Sequence record: MW394391.1 | Origin: Klebsiella phage vB_KpM_FBKp24 | Strand: one strand, 5' to 3' | DNA: 64,000 bases | Shown here: positions 9,771 through 19,589 of the stretch, one piece after another | Numbering within the stretch: the stretch's first letter is position 1 | Layout of the letters: each line of letters begins with the position of its first letter | Notes under the pieces: generated by a model | What the model saw: the letters and a program-made list of their open reading frames with translations, nothing else | The model's database searches: none | What the model was told of the DNA's origin: nothing | Translations under genes and position numbers: made by a program

Positions 9771-9805
9771 GAAAAGGGCACACAATGGCCCTTTTCTTTT
9801 ATTTT
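9771..9805 (-). terminator. intrinsic terminator (gaaaagggc...gcccttttc) followed by T6 on - strand
   Basis: 9-bp stem plus U-tract after the stop of 9809..10429. Confidence 0.6.
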
Positions 9806-9808
9806 ACT

Positions 9809-10429
9809 TTACAGCTTCTCACCTAAAGGATTGAATGGATCAATTCCTTCATCAATGGTGTCGTTGATAACGTCAAAGGTCGCAATCAATTCCATTTGCT
9901 GTTCCATAGTGAGATGTTCCTCTCCCTCTACGTCACAGGCGCCATAAACGTATTCGCTCCACCATTCACCTTTCTCATTCTTTTCAGCTACGCCGTTTCG
10001 GATTGCTGTCCAGTAAGGATCAGGAGTACCTGGGTCGTTAAACACAAATGCATCACGTTTAGCTCCCCACGCATGAGTAGACTGACGATTCCAAAGAGAT
10101 CGTGTACGTGGACTGCTCAGTAACCAACGACGCATGGCCATAGGCGCCGTTGCCACTTCTTCCGCAGAATCCAAGAACTGAATCACGTTATCGCGATACA
10201 AACCGCGTTTACTCCGATTCAATCTTTTCAGCTGGGTACGTACAGTGTCGTCGTATAACGACGAAATCATCGTTTTCGCTGAATTCAACATCCCTTTCGC
10301 ACGATCAGACAGATTAGAACTGAATCGTTCCAATCTTTCGTAGGACCGCTGGATATCTTCCCTGTCAGGTATTCCGAAAGCTGCAGCTCGAAAGACGGAC
10401 TCTCCGCCGTCGATGATTGCTATTTTCAA
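9809..10429 (-). CDS. hypothetical protein (206 aa), TTG start overlapping the RNAP gene stop (TTGA)
   Basis: GGGAGA SD 6 nt upstream of TTG. Confidence 0.55.
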   Translation of the reverse strand: MKIAIIDGGESVFRAAAFGIPDREDIQRSYERLERFSSNLSDRAKGMLNSAKTMISSLYDDTVRTQLKRLNRSKRGLYRDNVIQFLDSAEEVATAPMAMRRWLLSSPRTRSLWNRQSTHAWGAKRDAFVFNDPGTPDPYWTAIRNGVAEKNEKGEWWSEYVYGACDVEGEEHLTMEQQMELIATFDVINDTIDEGIDPFNPLGEKL

Positions 10430-11880
10430 TGGTGTCTCCCGTATAAGAAATTGTTAATCGTGGAACGCACCGGTTTTCCGATTTCCATGTTGTTATTCAA
10501 ACTCAGAGGTTTATTGAGATCGAAAGTTCCCGTATGCGGAGAAAGCTTACGTATAGCAATAAAGTCCTCACGTGAAAGAATAGGCATCCCGGCCAACTGG
10601 TCCCCATCGAAGTCACAGTTAGGAGCCTTAAGAATCAACAGACTAAGGCCGATTGTGTTATCGTGTGGATCTGTTTTGAACTTTGTTACAAATAGAGATT
10701 GAACCGAACGAAGGTTCAATGTCGGGTTTCGGCCCAGGATTTGTGGTAGGCCACGTTTACCCTGAAGCGTCGTGTATGGCGACCGTTCGATTAAACGATT
10801 GAGCATATCGTGCATATATGGATCATACTGCCCGACACAGTCAATGATAAAGCGCTCGCTTTGCGCCAGAGTTAAACCGTCCCGCATCAACATACCGAGT
10901 AAGTGCGTGTGATACAAGGTTACACCCATACCCCACGGCATGTGCATTTCCTCATAATCGTGAGCACCTGACAAAGAACTTACTACACCACGATAAGTGG
11001 GGCCGGTACGCGAACCGAAGATTTGCTTACGATACCACCCTGGCTTCGATCCCAAAACATTTTTGTCAACAAATTCACGATACGCAATCAACATAGTCAG
11101 TGCTTTGAATGTGTTGTGCTCTCGTGTATTTTGATACCGCGGTTCTTCTTTTCCCACCAAACCATAAATCGCTCTGGCTGCATCAATAACATTGACATAG
11201 CCTTCCGCGCAAAAACGCGTTTTGTTAGAAAGTTCAGTGATAATACTACGCCGTGAGGGTAACGGCAGGTATTGCGAGAACAGCAAATGTCTGTTGTTTC
11301 GCATGAAATCATAAACTTCCGTACGCTTTTGGTCTGGTTTGAAAACCGGCGCCGTCATCAACGTTTCCAGTATCGCATCGAAGTTATCAATGAAATGGTT
11401 ATACCCACGGGGAATTTCCAGTTTCTTGAATCGTTCGTAGATAACGCTATTGCGGTTCTTTGGTTCGTAACGCGTATTACAAAGCCATTCGATAGCGCTG
11501 AAGTCGTCTTGCTTAAAAGCGCGTATCAGCATATCGAGAGCATTAATACGCATAAATGCTCTGACCCCGTATGGGACGCGTATCCATACGCTTGATTCAA
11601 ACCCGCGATCAATCGGCGACATAACCTCGGTGTCACAATGTGGACAAACCGTGTTGGGGGTGTCAGGTTGCGTAGAGGTGTTATACCGGCCAGTGGTCAT
11701 CCCGCATTCGCAGGACGGTAATGTATCAATGACGTCCCCTTCGTACTCCGTCATGGTAAGTTCCCTGACGGGGTCAATCAATTCATACTCATCCGACCGG
11801 ATTTCATTGAGAATAATCGGCGGGCGTTTAAGCCGTTGGATATCTCTGTCGTAGTCAGGTAACGCGTAATAAATGCCCAT
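10426..11880 (-). CDS. phage multisubunit RNA polymerase beta-prime subunit, N-terminal fragment (split RNAP of phiKZ-like phages)
   Basis: N-terminal Cys4 zinc finger CECG...CPHC; catalytic loop NCDFDGDQLAG (compare NADFDGDQMA); ATG with GAGGGG SD. Confidence 0.8.
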   Translation of the reverse strand: MGIYYALPDYDRDIQRLKRPPIILNEIRSDEYELIDPVRELTMTEYEGDVIDTLPSCECGMTTGRYNTSTQPDTPNTVCPHCDTEVMSPIDRGFESSVWIRVPYGVRAFMRINALDMLIRAFKQDDFSAIEWLCNTRYEPKNRNSVIYERFKKLEIPRGYNHFIDNFDAILETLMTAPVFKPDQKRTEVYDFMRNNRHLLFSQYLPLPSRRSIITELSNKTRFCAEGYVNVIDAARAIYGLVGKEEPRYQNTREHNTFKALTMLIAYREFVDKNVLGSKPGWYRKQIFGSRTGPTYRGVVSSLSGAHDYEEMHMPWGMGVTLYHTHLLGMLMRDGLTLAQSERFIIDCVGQYDPYMHDMLNRLIERSPYTTLQGKRGLPQILGRNPTLNLRSVQSLFVTKFKTDPHDNTIGLSLLILKAPNCDFDGDQLAGMPILSREDFIAIRKLSPHTGTFDLNKPLSLNNNMEIGKPVRSTINNFLYGRHH

Positions 11881-11908
11881 AAATCCCCTCTAAGCATTAA
11901 ACTCAAGA

Positions 11909-11945
11909 CAAAAAAAGAAAGGACCGAAGCCCTTTCTTTTTATTT
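11909..11945 (-). terminator. intrinsic terminator (aaagaaagg...cctttcttt) followed by T7 on - strand
   Basis: 9-bp stem plus U-tract immediately after the 633-aa gene. Confidence 0.65.
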
Positions 11946-11964
11946 ATATCACCGTACTACTTGA

Positions 11965-13866
11965 TTAACGGCCGAAACCGTAAGAAGCGCGAGAACGCGA
12001 ACGGAAACCACCGCCGTCGTAACCGTTAGACTCGTAGCGGGAAGTGTAACCACGACGAGACGTACGGTTGTCCTGAGAGATACCATCGGCGGTTACGACC
12101 ATACCAGCTTCGGACAGTGCGCGGGTCAGACCAAACAGCCAGTTGGCGTTCAGTTCAATCACGTCAGCACGGTCAGTGATCTGGTATTGACCACCGGTGT
12201 AGTCTTCGATGATTTTCTCGATCTGGTCCATACGGACAGCCAGATCAATGCCATCATCGTTCAGGCAGCGGTCGAAGTCGGCGACAACCTGCGGGGATTT
12301 CAGGCCGAAGTTGGTCAGGATTTCGTAGTAGCCGATTTCACGCAGGTCGCGTTTATGACCCTGTTCGTCAACCCAGGTACCGAGCATCTGCGGCATTTCG
12401 CGGATGATACCGACGTCGTACAGATCGTTGGTGTTCATGATCGCAGAGAAGCGCTTACCGGACACGTTATCTGCCGCATCGATCAGAAGATCGACCGCGT
12501 CTTTACGGTTCGGGTTGCTCATGTCGCAGGCATCCAGCAGCAGGTTCAGCATCGGCGTTACGATAGAGGTGCGCGGCACCTGAATCTGAACGATTTGGCT
12601 GTTTTCGCGGATGACGTTAGACACCAGATCGGCCCACTGGCTGTCGCTCAGAACTTCCGGTAATTTATCGAACTCGCCTTTCAGTTCGTAGGTCAGCGCA
12701 TCCGCAGTACGGAGCGCGCCTTTACCGGCGATCGGACGAAGACCCTGAATCAGTACCGGCTCAGTCATCAGTGCAGAGACCTGCGCCAGAGAGAACATCA
12801 GGTATTCCGGGATCGGGTGACATTTCAGCTCGCTGATAACCAGAGCGGCGCCATAGATACGGGTATCTTGGTCTTCCGGTTTTTTGCTACGGGAAGTGAA
12901 GAAGCTGTTGCTCGGCTCTTCTTCGCCTTTGTAGTACAGATCGACATGGCTAACAATGCCCGCCAGCTGAGTGGACTCACGCTCGGAAAGAACGTTAACC
13001 ATACCGCCACGACGTTCGTCACGCGGAGCGACCATCAGATCAACGACGATATCTGCGCGGTGCGGCAGGTCAGTGATGTCGTCAGCGATGTCGCCCTGGT
13101 GGAACGCGATGTTCGCCAGCAGATCGTTGTTTTTCAGGTCCAGTGCTGCAATGCTGAATTCGTTCGTGTTCAGCAGGCCGTTAACCGTATAGATGATCTG
13201 GTTGAATACCGCGCTGGCGATAGTTTCCAGTTCACTGTCGGTCGGTTTATCGTTCAGGATCGGAGAAGCAGCCAGATGCTGTACCGGACCTTTGAACGCC
13301 GGGTTGGACGCTTCGATCAGTGCGTCGAGAGAGTCTTTGTAACCCTCAGCTTCGTACTGGTCGTTTGCCGTAGTGGTGTAACGCACGGTCAGATCGCGGC
13401 TAACGGTTACGGCCTGTTTCGGCATGACGGTATTACCAACGAAGATTACGGTAGAAGCGAACACTTCACCGGTATCTTTCATGCGCGCTGCAATAACGGC
13501 CGCGTCCAGTTTCATCTGGGTTTCTTTGCCGATGGCCGGGGTTACGGTCCATTCTACCGCGCCGTTCAGGCTCAGGGCGGCGGCGTGTTGTTTCTGAATT
13601 TCTTTCGCCAGTTCGACGAATTTTGCTACGTCGCCTGCCGCAGAATTGAGAGACAGTACCGGCGCGTCTTTACGGAAGTTATAAGTAGAATTCACTTTTC
13701 TCTCCTGAGTGTTGGAAGAATCTTGGTTGGTGGTAGAACGGTTATAAGTACGGCGACGCTGATTCTGATCGCTACCGGCAGATTCGTTACCTGCGGTGTT
13801 ACGCGCTTCAGCTGCTTCAACAACGGTGTCTTTTTCTTGGTTGTGATCGTCATCACGTAAAGCCAT
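11965..13866 (-). CDS. chmA: highly expressed early protein (633 aa); candidate phage-nucleus shell protein (chimallin), alternatively a capsid protein
   Basis: size ~69 kDa; disordered N-terminal ~65 aa and RG/Y-rich C-terminal tail; strong GC3 codon bias; motif-1 promoter and strong terminator; PhuZ present in the same window. Homology was not verifiable here. Confidence 0.45.
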   Translation of the reverse strand: MALRDDDHNQEKDTVVEAAEARNTAGNESAGSDQNQRRRTYNRSTTNQDSSNTQERKVNSTYNFRKDAPVLSLNSAAGDVAKFVELAKEIQKQHAAALSLNGAVEWTVTPAIGKETQMKLDAAVIAARMKDTGEVFASTVIFVGNTVMPKQAVTVSRDLTVRYTTTANDQYEAEGYKDSLDALIEASNPAFKGPVQHLAASPILNDKPTDSELETIASAVFNQIIYTVNGLLNTNEFSIAALDLKNNDLLANIAFHQGDIADDITDLPHRADIVVDLMVAPRDERRGGMVNVLSERESTQLAGIVSHVDLYYKGEEEPSNSFFTSRSKKPEDQDTRIYGAALVISELKCHPIPEYLMFSLAQVSALMTEPVLIQGLRPIAGKGALRTADALTYELKGEFDKLPEVLSDSQWADLVSNVIRENSQIVQIQVPRTSIVTPMLNLLLDACDMSNPNRKDAVDLLIDAADNVSGKRFSAIMNTNDLYDVGIIREMPQMLGTWVDEQGHKRDLREIGYYEILTNFGLKSPQVVADFDRCLNDDGIDLAVRMDQIEKIIEDYTGGQYQITDRADVIELNANWLFGLTRALSEAGMVVTADGISQDNRTSRRGYTSRYESNGYDGGGFRSRSRASYGFGR

Positions 13867-13927
13867 CTTTAATTCTCCTAGGAGTTTAAATCAATTATAA
13901 TCGCGATTTCCGAAGATACTCATTATC

Positions 13928-13952
13928 TTCTTCATTATAGTGATATAGACGT
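13928..13952 (-). promoter_or_regulatory. motif-1 promoter-like element (CGTCTATATCACTATAATGA)
   Basis: consensus match 65 nt upstream of the 633-aa gene in an AT-rich divergent region. Confidence 0.5.
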
Positions 13953-14152
13953 TAAAAAAGTTTGAAATGGGTTATTTTATCATTGAAGATATAATAAGCC
14001 CTTCTTAGCAGAGAGTTCTGTTGAATAATCAACAATAACTTTCTACATATAATAGATTACTACGCCCAGTTGGGCTGTTCCTTCGTTATGAAGGATTTCT
14101 TTCATAGTATAGACTACTAACCTAAAAAAAGATTTTATACCGGAGAACGTCA

Positions 14153-15247
14153 ATGATTTCAGCTTTTGAACTTCTCAACCGTCAGTCCGTTAAAACGTTC
14201 TTCCCTGGTCAACTTACCGTCCTTCGAGGGAATGCCGAATTAAACTTAAGAAACATTAAACGACATTACCTTAACAGTATTCGTGCAGTGGACAGTGACC
14301 ATATCCTGATACAGATACTACAACATCTTCCTACCCGATTAGATCTTGATGACGAACAGTATTATCGTTACTGTCATTCCGCCAGTAAATTGACTCATCG
14401 TGCACTAAATTTAAACACCGAAACTGTCTTGTCGGGGCGAGCCAGTAAAGCCTGGTTTTACGGTCAGGGCATTACCGAGTTTTACATTGTAGAAGAATCC
14501 GATTTACCGTATCGCTTCGACGCTAAAAATTACTGGCGTGCTCTGACCCCTGTACGGGTACTTTCCCATCCGTTAACCGGACTTTCGTTCAATGCGCGTG
14601 ACGGAAGTCCGTTCAGTAAAGAGAAAGGGTTTGCATTTATCTCGATCGACATCGGTCTTTTGGCTGTTCAGTACCGGCATTGGGAGCTTTACAACAACGG
14701 TACGGAAACTCAACAACACCCTGTCTCCATTAACCAATTCATTTACCAGTATCCTTTGGTCAACATGATTGAAGGAGATATGGATTTTTGTTTCTTTAAC
14801 CGGTTAAGATTAAAGAAAGGTTTCATTGAAGAAAATGATGACAAAGCACGACATGGTCTCGCTATCATGGATTTACGACCGATGACGGACCGGGTATGGG
14901 ATGACTGGTTACAACGTGCTCAAACTGCGCCTAGAAGATTTATAGATCTCCCGGCACAAATCCCAGAACTGTTTGCAGATACCCTACTGGAAAGGATTAC
15001 CTTCCCGGACATTTTGTTTAACCGTCAAAACTTGGGTATTTACACGCTGGCAAATTTACCATACCTAAGTACCCTGTCCCGCCTTTCCGGCGAAACAGGG
15101 TCAAAGGATAACGGGTCAGTTCAAACCCAACTAGAACGATGGTATAACCGTTTTGTAAACGGTAACTATTTCCTTCCTATTCATGGCATCAATCCTCAAG
15201 GTACTCTACAGGTTCTTTTGGACGAAGTGCTGACTCCACTTCGTTAA
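14153..15247 (+). CDS. hypothetical protein (364 aa)
   Basis: ATG with GGAGAA SD. Confidence 0.65.
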   Translation: MISAFELLNRQSVKTFFPGQLTVLRGNAELNLRNIKRHYLNSIRAVDSDHILIQILQHLPTRLDLDDEQYYRYCHSASKLTHRALNLNTETVLSGRASKAWFYGQGITEFYIVEESDLPYRFDAKNYWRALTPVRVLSHPLTGLSFNARDGSPFSKEKGFAFISIDIGLLAVQYRHWELYNNGTETQQHPVSINQFIYQYPLVNMIEGDMDFCFFNRLRLKKGFIEENDDKARHGLAIMDLRPMTDRVWDDWLQRAQTAPRRFIDLPAQIPELFADTLLERITFPDILFNRQNLGIYTLANLPYLSTLSRLSGETGSKDNGSVQTQLERWYNRFVNGNYFLPIHGINPQGTLQVLLDEVLTPLR

Positions 15248-17405
15248 AGTCCGAGAAAGCATCCTCACGAGGGATTTGATCGAAGATCAGTTTACTCTGG
15301 TCTTTATCGAAGAGATAATACTCCAACGATTCCAACACCAGGTAGAACGGTGACATGGCACTACCAATGATTTTACGGATATTAGTCGCCTCTAGGATGT
15401 CGCTTGGAATACCGATTGACATGACGATACTTTCTGGCAGCAGAATACGCCCGATATAGGGTTTATTTTTTGCTGCCAGAAATCTCCGCATCCGTTCCGC
15501 CATCTGCTGGTCTTTCCACTGAGTCAACCACTTCTCTGTTTTCTTTTTCGTGTCATGTACGATACTAAACGCCAAGGCCGAATATGGCGGTGGCTCGATT
15601 CGTCCAAATCGGGGCGCAAAAACTTCTTGCCAAAGTTCGTAGTTTAAATACGGCGTGTTTTGATCTTCTGTTTTCTTCGTGTACCCATCCTCTTCTTTAA
15701 CACGTGCCGCTTTCAGGTAGGTTGTTTCCCCTCTACGTATCGATTCGTAAATTGTATACTCCCACCGCGCCACCCATCTTAAATACTTCCCTAACTCTAA
15801 CGTTTCTCCGGCAGTAACTTTGTCAACAATTTCCTCAATCATCAGATCAAGGTCCTTACGGACGCCAGCCGGGGAGTTGGAAGCAATTAATTCCACGCCT
15901 TTCTTTTCACGGTCATGAATATAAACCCCTTCTTGTACGCGTTTATTAGCAGCGTAGTGTTTAGCGCGACTAGTGAGCATGAAGACAGGGAAAAGATATT
16001 CGTTCTTCATCGAGAGACGGAAGACTTCTTTTTCTTCCTGTACACCCATGTTAACCGTCATTGTGGCGAGGTTATGGGTGGTGGTCTGTGAAACCAGGAA
16101 AGCAATCCCCTCAGCAAGAACGATATTTTCCGGCGTTAAGAGATCGTTGTCCGAGTACCAACGAATCCAATCCTGCACCGTAAAAATCGCAGAGTCGGTA
16201 TCAGAACCAACACCAGCTCGCCGAACCGCATGTGGGAAATCAGAAATCAAGAAAGGGATATTTCTTGACATCAAGAAGGTGTCAATGATTTCTTTATATT
16301 TGTCCAAGGTATAGTAAATCGTGGCACAAGTTGATCCCAATTTCCAATAATCAGGATGTGCCTTAACATCGTCATGCCAAGGGTTGTTCTTCCCTATAAT
16401 TTCAGGAAACATAACGGTGATCTGCGCCATGGTATCTTCATCGACGTGTTTCATCCAGCCAATGTAGTCCTCAACCGGTTCACTGGCTGGCGTTACCAAA
16501 CCCCGAACAAGGTCTCTTACGAGCGCATCGTTAAATTGACGCAGATGGTAGAGATCGCCCATGTAAACGAAAGCTGCTCGTTCGTAATCGCTACATCCTC
16601 TAAGAAAACGACGAAGATTTTTATCGCCTCCTTCCGAACGCCAGTAGAGGTCAGAAGAATACGACAACACTCCCATAGTTTCTTCTAATGTCGGGATATG
16701 TAGCTTAAATTTGTCCACAGTTTCTTTTACTTTCGTCCAGTCGGTCAGTTCAAGAATACTGCTTAAATTTGCGTACAATACGTCAGGTCGCCAATAATGA
16801 CGACTACCAGATAGCAGGCGGTCATTATTCGAGTTTGCAATCCCATTAGCGATACGACAACAACTGGTTAATACCGGGTGCGTTGACCTGTCGTATAACG
16901 GAGAATGCTCAGAACGGTGGTTGCCGGAGATGGCGTTATTCAGGATCTTTTTGTTGTTCTGATTATTGTTGTGGAAAGTGGCTTTGATCGTGTTACCTAC
17001 TTTCTTTGCTTCAAACATCTCGTGCTTTTCAGCAGAGCGCTTCTTTAAGTTACCTTTAATGTATTCAGACAGCAACGATAATTTTTGGTGCGGTGGCAAT
17101 ACCACGGTAAAGGTTGGTGCCATTAACCATTCATTCTCTAAAATATCCGAGAGGTATTTAGAGAACGGAATCATAATCGGTGATTGGTCTAAATTCTCGT
17201 CTCGCTCCAACATGCAGAAAGTCGGGTCAACTAATCCTGTCTCTGGATTGTTTAATTCGTCGATCACAAACTGACGACATTCTTCAAATGGACGACCCGT
17301 GCTTCTCTGGATGAATAAAGCGGTTTGAATAACGTATGATTCATGTACGCCAAGATCGCGTTTATAATCTTTTGCTGTGCGAGTAAAAGGGTTGGCTACT
17401 TTCAC
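15189..17405 (-). CDS. large hypothetical protein (~739 aa) containing VGSDTDSA (polymerase motif-C-like)
   Basis: track start at 17492 lies inside a terminator hairpin; GTG at 17405 with AAGGA SD preferred. Confidence 0.6.
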   Translation of the reverse strand: MKVANPFTRTAKDYKRDLGVHESYVIQTALFIQRSTGRPFEECRQFVIDELNNPETGLVDPTFCMLERDENLDQSPIMIPFSKYLSDILENEWLMAPTFTVVLPPHQKLSLLSEYIKGNLKKRSAEKHEMFEAKKVGNTIKATFHNNNQNNKKILNNAISGNHRSEHSPLYDRSTHPVLTSCCRIANGIANSNNDRLLSGSRHYWRPDVLYANLSSILELTDWTKVKETVDKFKLHIPTLEETMGVLSYSSDLYWRSEGGDKNLRRFLRGCSDYERAAFVYMGDLYHLRQFNDALVRDLVRGLVTPASEPVEDYIGWMKHVDEDTMAQITVMFPEIIGKNNPWHDDVKAHPDYWKLGSTCATIYYTLDKYKEIIDTFLMSRNIPFLISDFPHAVRRAGVGSDTDSAIFTVQDWIRWYSDNDLLTPENIVLAEGIAFLVSQTTTHNLATMTVNMGVQEEKEVFRLSMKNEYLFPVFMLTSRAKHYAANKRVQEGVYIHDREKKGVELIASNSPAGVRKDLDLMIEEIVDKVTAGETLELGKYLRWVARWEYTIYESIRRGETTYLKAARVKEEDGYTKKTEDQNTPYLNYELWQEVFAPRFGRIEPPPYSALAFSIVHDTKKKTEKWLTQWKDQQMAERMRRFLAAKNKPYIGRILLPESIVMSIGIPSDILEATNIRKIIGSAMSPFYLVLESLEYYLFDKDQSKLIFDQIPREDAFSDFNEVESALRPKEPVEYLED

Positions 17406-17447
17406 GTTACAATCCTTAGATAGAGGTTTCTCTACAGGAATAATCCG

Positions 17448-17515
17448 AACACTGAAAAAAGAAAAAAAAAGACGATAACTTTCTCTCTGCAACCGAAGGG
17501 TTGCAGAGAGAAAGG
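17448..17515 (-). terminator. intrinsic terminator, 15-bp stem (tttctctctgcaacc-gaag-ggttgcagagagaaa) plus T9 on - strand
   Basis: read directly from the sequence. Confidence 0.7.
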
Positions 17516-17516
17516 T

Positions 17517-17939
17517 TTAACTCGTGGTGATTGTGAAGTTATTGAAACCTGCTGCGCTGATGGCCAACCGAATCTTCTCAATGTCACCAGTGCCAATACC
17601 AGGAATAAGCACAGTAGCATTGACGGTGTCCACAACAACGATAGTATCGACTTTGATCCACGGAAGACCAATAACGCGCTCGGTACCGTCTTCAAGTTTC
17701 AGTACTAACCAGTTGTAAGAGCGAGCATTGTCTTCTACTGTTCCTGATGGAAGAAGCGGGTAAACTTTAGCGTGTTCCGCTTCTGGATCAATGCCGAATT
17801 TAGTTGCGCCCCGTGCCGAAACGATGTCGGTAGGAACGGCGTTTCTGAAGACGTCGCCGTATAATGCTGAAGGGTATACCTGGAATGTAACGGTCGCGTT
17901 TAACGTGAATTTACCGAGTATCAAATCAGTCGTCGCCAT
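17517..17939 (-). CDS. small hypothetical protein (tandem array member 1)
   Basis: ATG at 17939 with AAGGAA SD; the track's longer start is TTG. Confidence 0.55.
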   Translation of the reverse strand: MATTDLILGKFTLNATVTFQVYPSALYGDVFRNAVPTDIVSARGATKFGIDPEAEHAKVYPLLPSGTVEDNARSYNWLVLKLEDGTERVIGLPWIKVDTIVVVDTVNATVLIPGIGTGDIEKIRLAISAAGFNNFTITTS

Positions 17940-18300
17940 GTGCATTTCCTTTTGTGTCAAAAGTCAGAAGAAGGGACAGAGAATCGTAAAACTCAATGTC
18001 TACATAACGAAGGTTGGTTCGCTCCGTTAATTCGGTACATAACTCGGCCAGCGCAATCCCTGTCTGGTAGAGAGCACCGGTAATACTAACATATTCAATG
18101 TTTGGCTTACCGGTACGTAACACTGTGTCGAGTATTTCTAAGACCGACTTACGTGCTTCCTCTTTGACGAATTCAACATCTACCACCTCATCGTCGTCAT
18201 TCTCCCCCTGCGTCTCTTCCAATAGTTCCTGGTAAAAGTAACTATAGATAATAGGTAGACGTATAGGGGAGGAGAGAACTTTTATTTTCATGTTCTTCAA
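17926..18300 (-). CDS. small hypothetical acidic protein (array member 2, 124 aa)
   Basis: ORF in head-to-tail array. Confidence 0.5.
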   Translation of the reverse strand: MKNMKIKVLSSPIRLPIIYSYFYQELLEETQGENDDDEVVDVEFVKEEARKSVLEILDTVLRTGKPNIEYVSITGALYQTGIALAELCTELTERTNLRYVDIEFYDSLSLLLTFDTKGNAHGDD

Positions 18301-18670
18301 TCCTTAAAGCAAGAGAATGACTTCCGGTGTAAAGGAACAAATTCTCCAGCGTGTATGAATCAGTCAATAGGAAAGGGAGGGTCTTCTCAAACTCTCTTAA
18401 TAGACGCCGGTGTAGGCAATCGTAGTTTTCGAGTATCAATTCCACCGCATAATCAATAGACGCGCTATCGCTGGAAACGATTCGATTCCGCAATATGTCA
18501 GGATGCATCACCATCTCTAATGGCTGTAAGATATCTTCAACAAACAACGATGAAAACTCCCTCGGCGTAACCCAAGCACTTTTCGGAAAGTTATCGAGTA
18601 TAGCTCCCATCCCCGAGTAAAAGGTTCTGCAAGGCAAGACGGCCAGAACAGAGGGAGGTTTTGTTACCAT
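18242..18670 (-). CDS. small hypothetical protein (array member 3, 142 aa)
   Basis: ATG verified; ATGGTAA start/stop overlap with the upstream gene; GGAGAG SD. Confidence 0.55.
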   Translation of the reverse strand: MVTKPPSVLAVLPCRTFYSGMGAILDNFPKSAWVTPREFSSLFVEDILQPLEMVMHPDILRNRIVSSDSASIDYAVELILENYDCLHRRLLREFEKTLPFLLTDSYTLENLFLYTGSHSLALRIEEHENKSSLLPYTSTYYL

Positions 18671-19128
18671 GTCTCTCTCTCCAAATCATTCAGGACAAAA
18701 GAAACTGTGTCATTACGTAACAGAACGTCATCGATCATTGTGTTGTCGTTATAACGCAGCTCACGTGACTTAAATGTATTGAGTAGGTCGTAAGCAATCA
18801 CTTCGGCCATATCTTCAATATAACATGTGAGCTTGTACCGATCTGACGCCGAAAGGAGATGAATTTCGTTGTCCGTATCGTCTCTGTTGACAAAGTAAAG
18901 ATCAAGGAAGTCATCTAAACGCTCCGCGGCTTCTTGGTGCGACAAAAAACGTGCGTCCAAGACAAAAGTAATGACCGCCAACATAAAGTCCACTACCTCA
19001 AAACTGATCGTCTTGTCTGATTTCCCTCGTATGAGAGGGGAGATGTAGCGGTCGTAGTAAAGGAAAAGGTTTCGTGCAGGCCAATCTTTCACATTGAAGA
19101 TAACAATCGTGCGATGATATTTGCCCAT
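18664..19128 (-). CDS. small hypothetical protein (array member 4, 154 aa)
   Basis: ORF in array. Confidence 0.55.
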   Translation of the reverse strand: MGKYHRTIVIFNVKDWPARNLFLYYDRYISPLIRGKSDKTISFEVVDFMLAVITFVLDARFLSHQEAAERLDDFLDLYFVNRDDTDNEIHLLSASDRYKLTCYIEDMAEVIAYDLLNTFKSRELRYNDNTMIDDVLLRNDTVSFVLNDLERETW

Positions 19129-19136
19129 GGTTGTGT

Positions 19137-19589
19137 TTACCCTAAAAATGTTGTAACGCGAAAAAATATCCCGAACGATTTAACTTCGAAATAATCTATT
19201 CTCGGTGACGCTTCAAAGTGGTCCCGAATTTCATGTCGATAATACTGATAGAATAACAAAGAAAGTTCTTCAGCGCTTTCAATCAGTTCATCTGTAGTGA
19301 GATCTGATAACTTCGCATTCGGGTAACCCCGAATAAAATCCTTTATCTCACGCTCCCAGAAAGGTGTAAACTCGGAGATTACCACCGTGCGTTTATAATC
19401 AATGATCAAATCAAAGATCAGTTGAATAATTAAACGCCGATATAAAATATCGCAGTATGATAGTTCGTGTAAAACCGCCGCTACCTTCGTCCGATAAGGG
19501 AGAACAAAGGTTCGTAATTGGGTCTGACGGAATTCGTCGCCGTTAATGAACGACTGTGACATACAACGTCCTCCCAATGAGCTTAACAT
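19137..19589 (-). CDS. small hypothetical protein (array member 5, 150 aa)
   Basis: ORF in array. Confidence 0.55.
   Translation of the reverse strand: MLSSLGGRCMSQSFINGDEFRQTQLRTFVLPYRTKVAAVLHELSYCDILYRRLIIQLIFDLIIDYKRTVVISEFTPFWEREIKDFIRGYPNAKLSDLTTDELIESAEELSLLFYQYYRHEIRDHFEASPRIDYFEVKSFGIFFRVTTFLG

Noticed and set aside
12817-13860. 347-aa + strand ORF (and 12187..12663) inside the 633-aa gene
   Set aside because: Antisense shadow ORFs typical of GC3-rich genes. The - strand frame has the SD, promoter, terminator and protein-like composition.
15189-17405. Confident family-B DNA polymerase assignment
   Set aside because: Only a motif-C-like GSDTDS was found. Candidate A and B motifs occur in the wrong order. 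Kept as a low-confidence hypothesis only.
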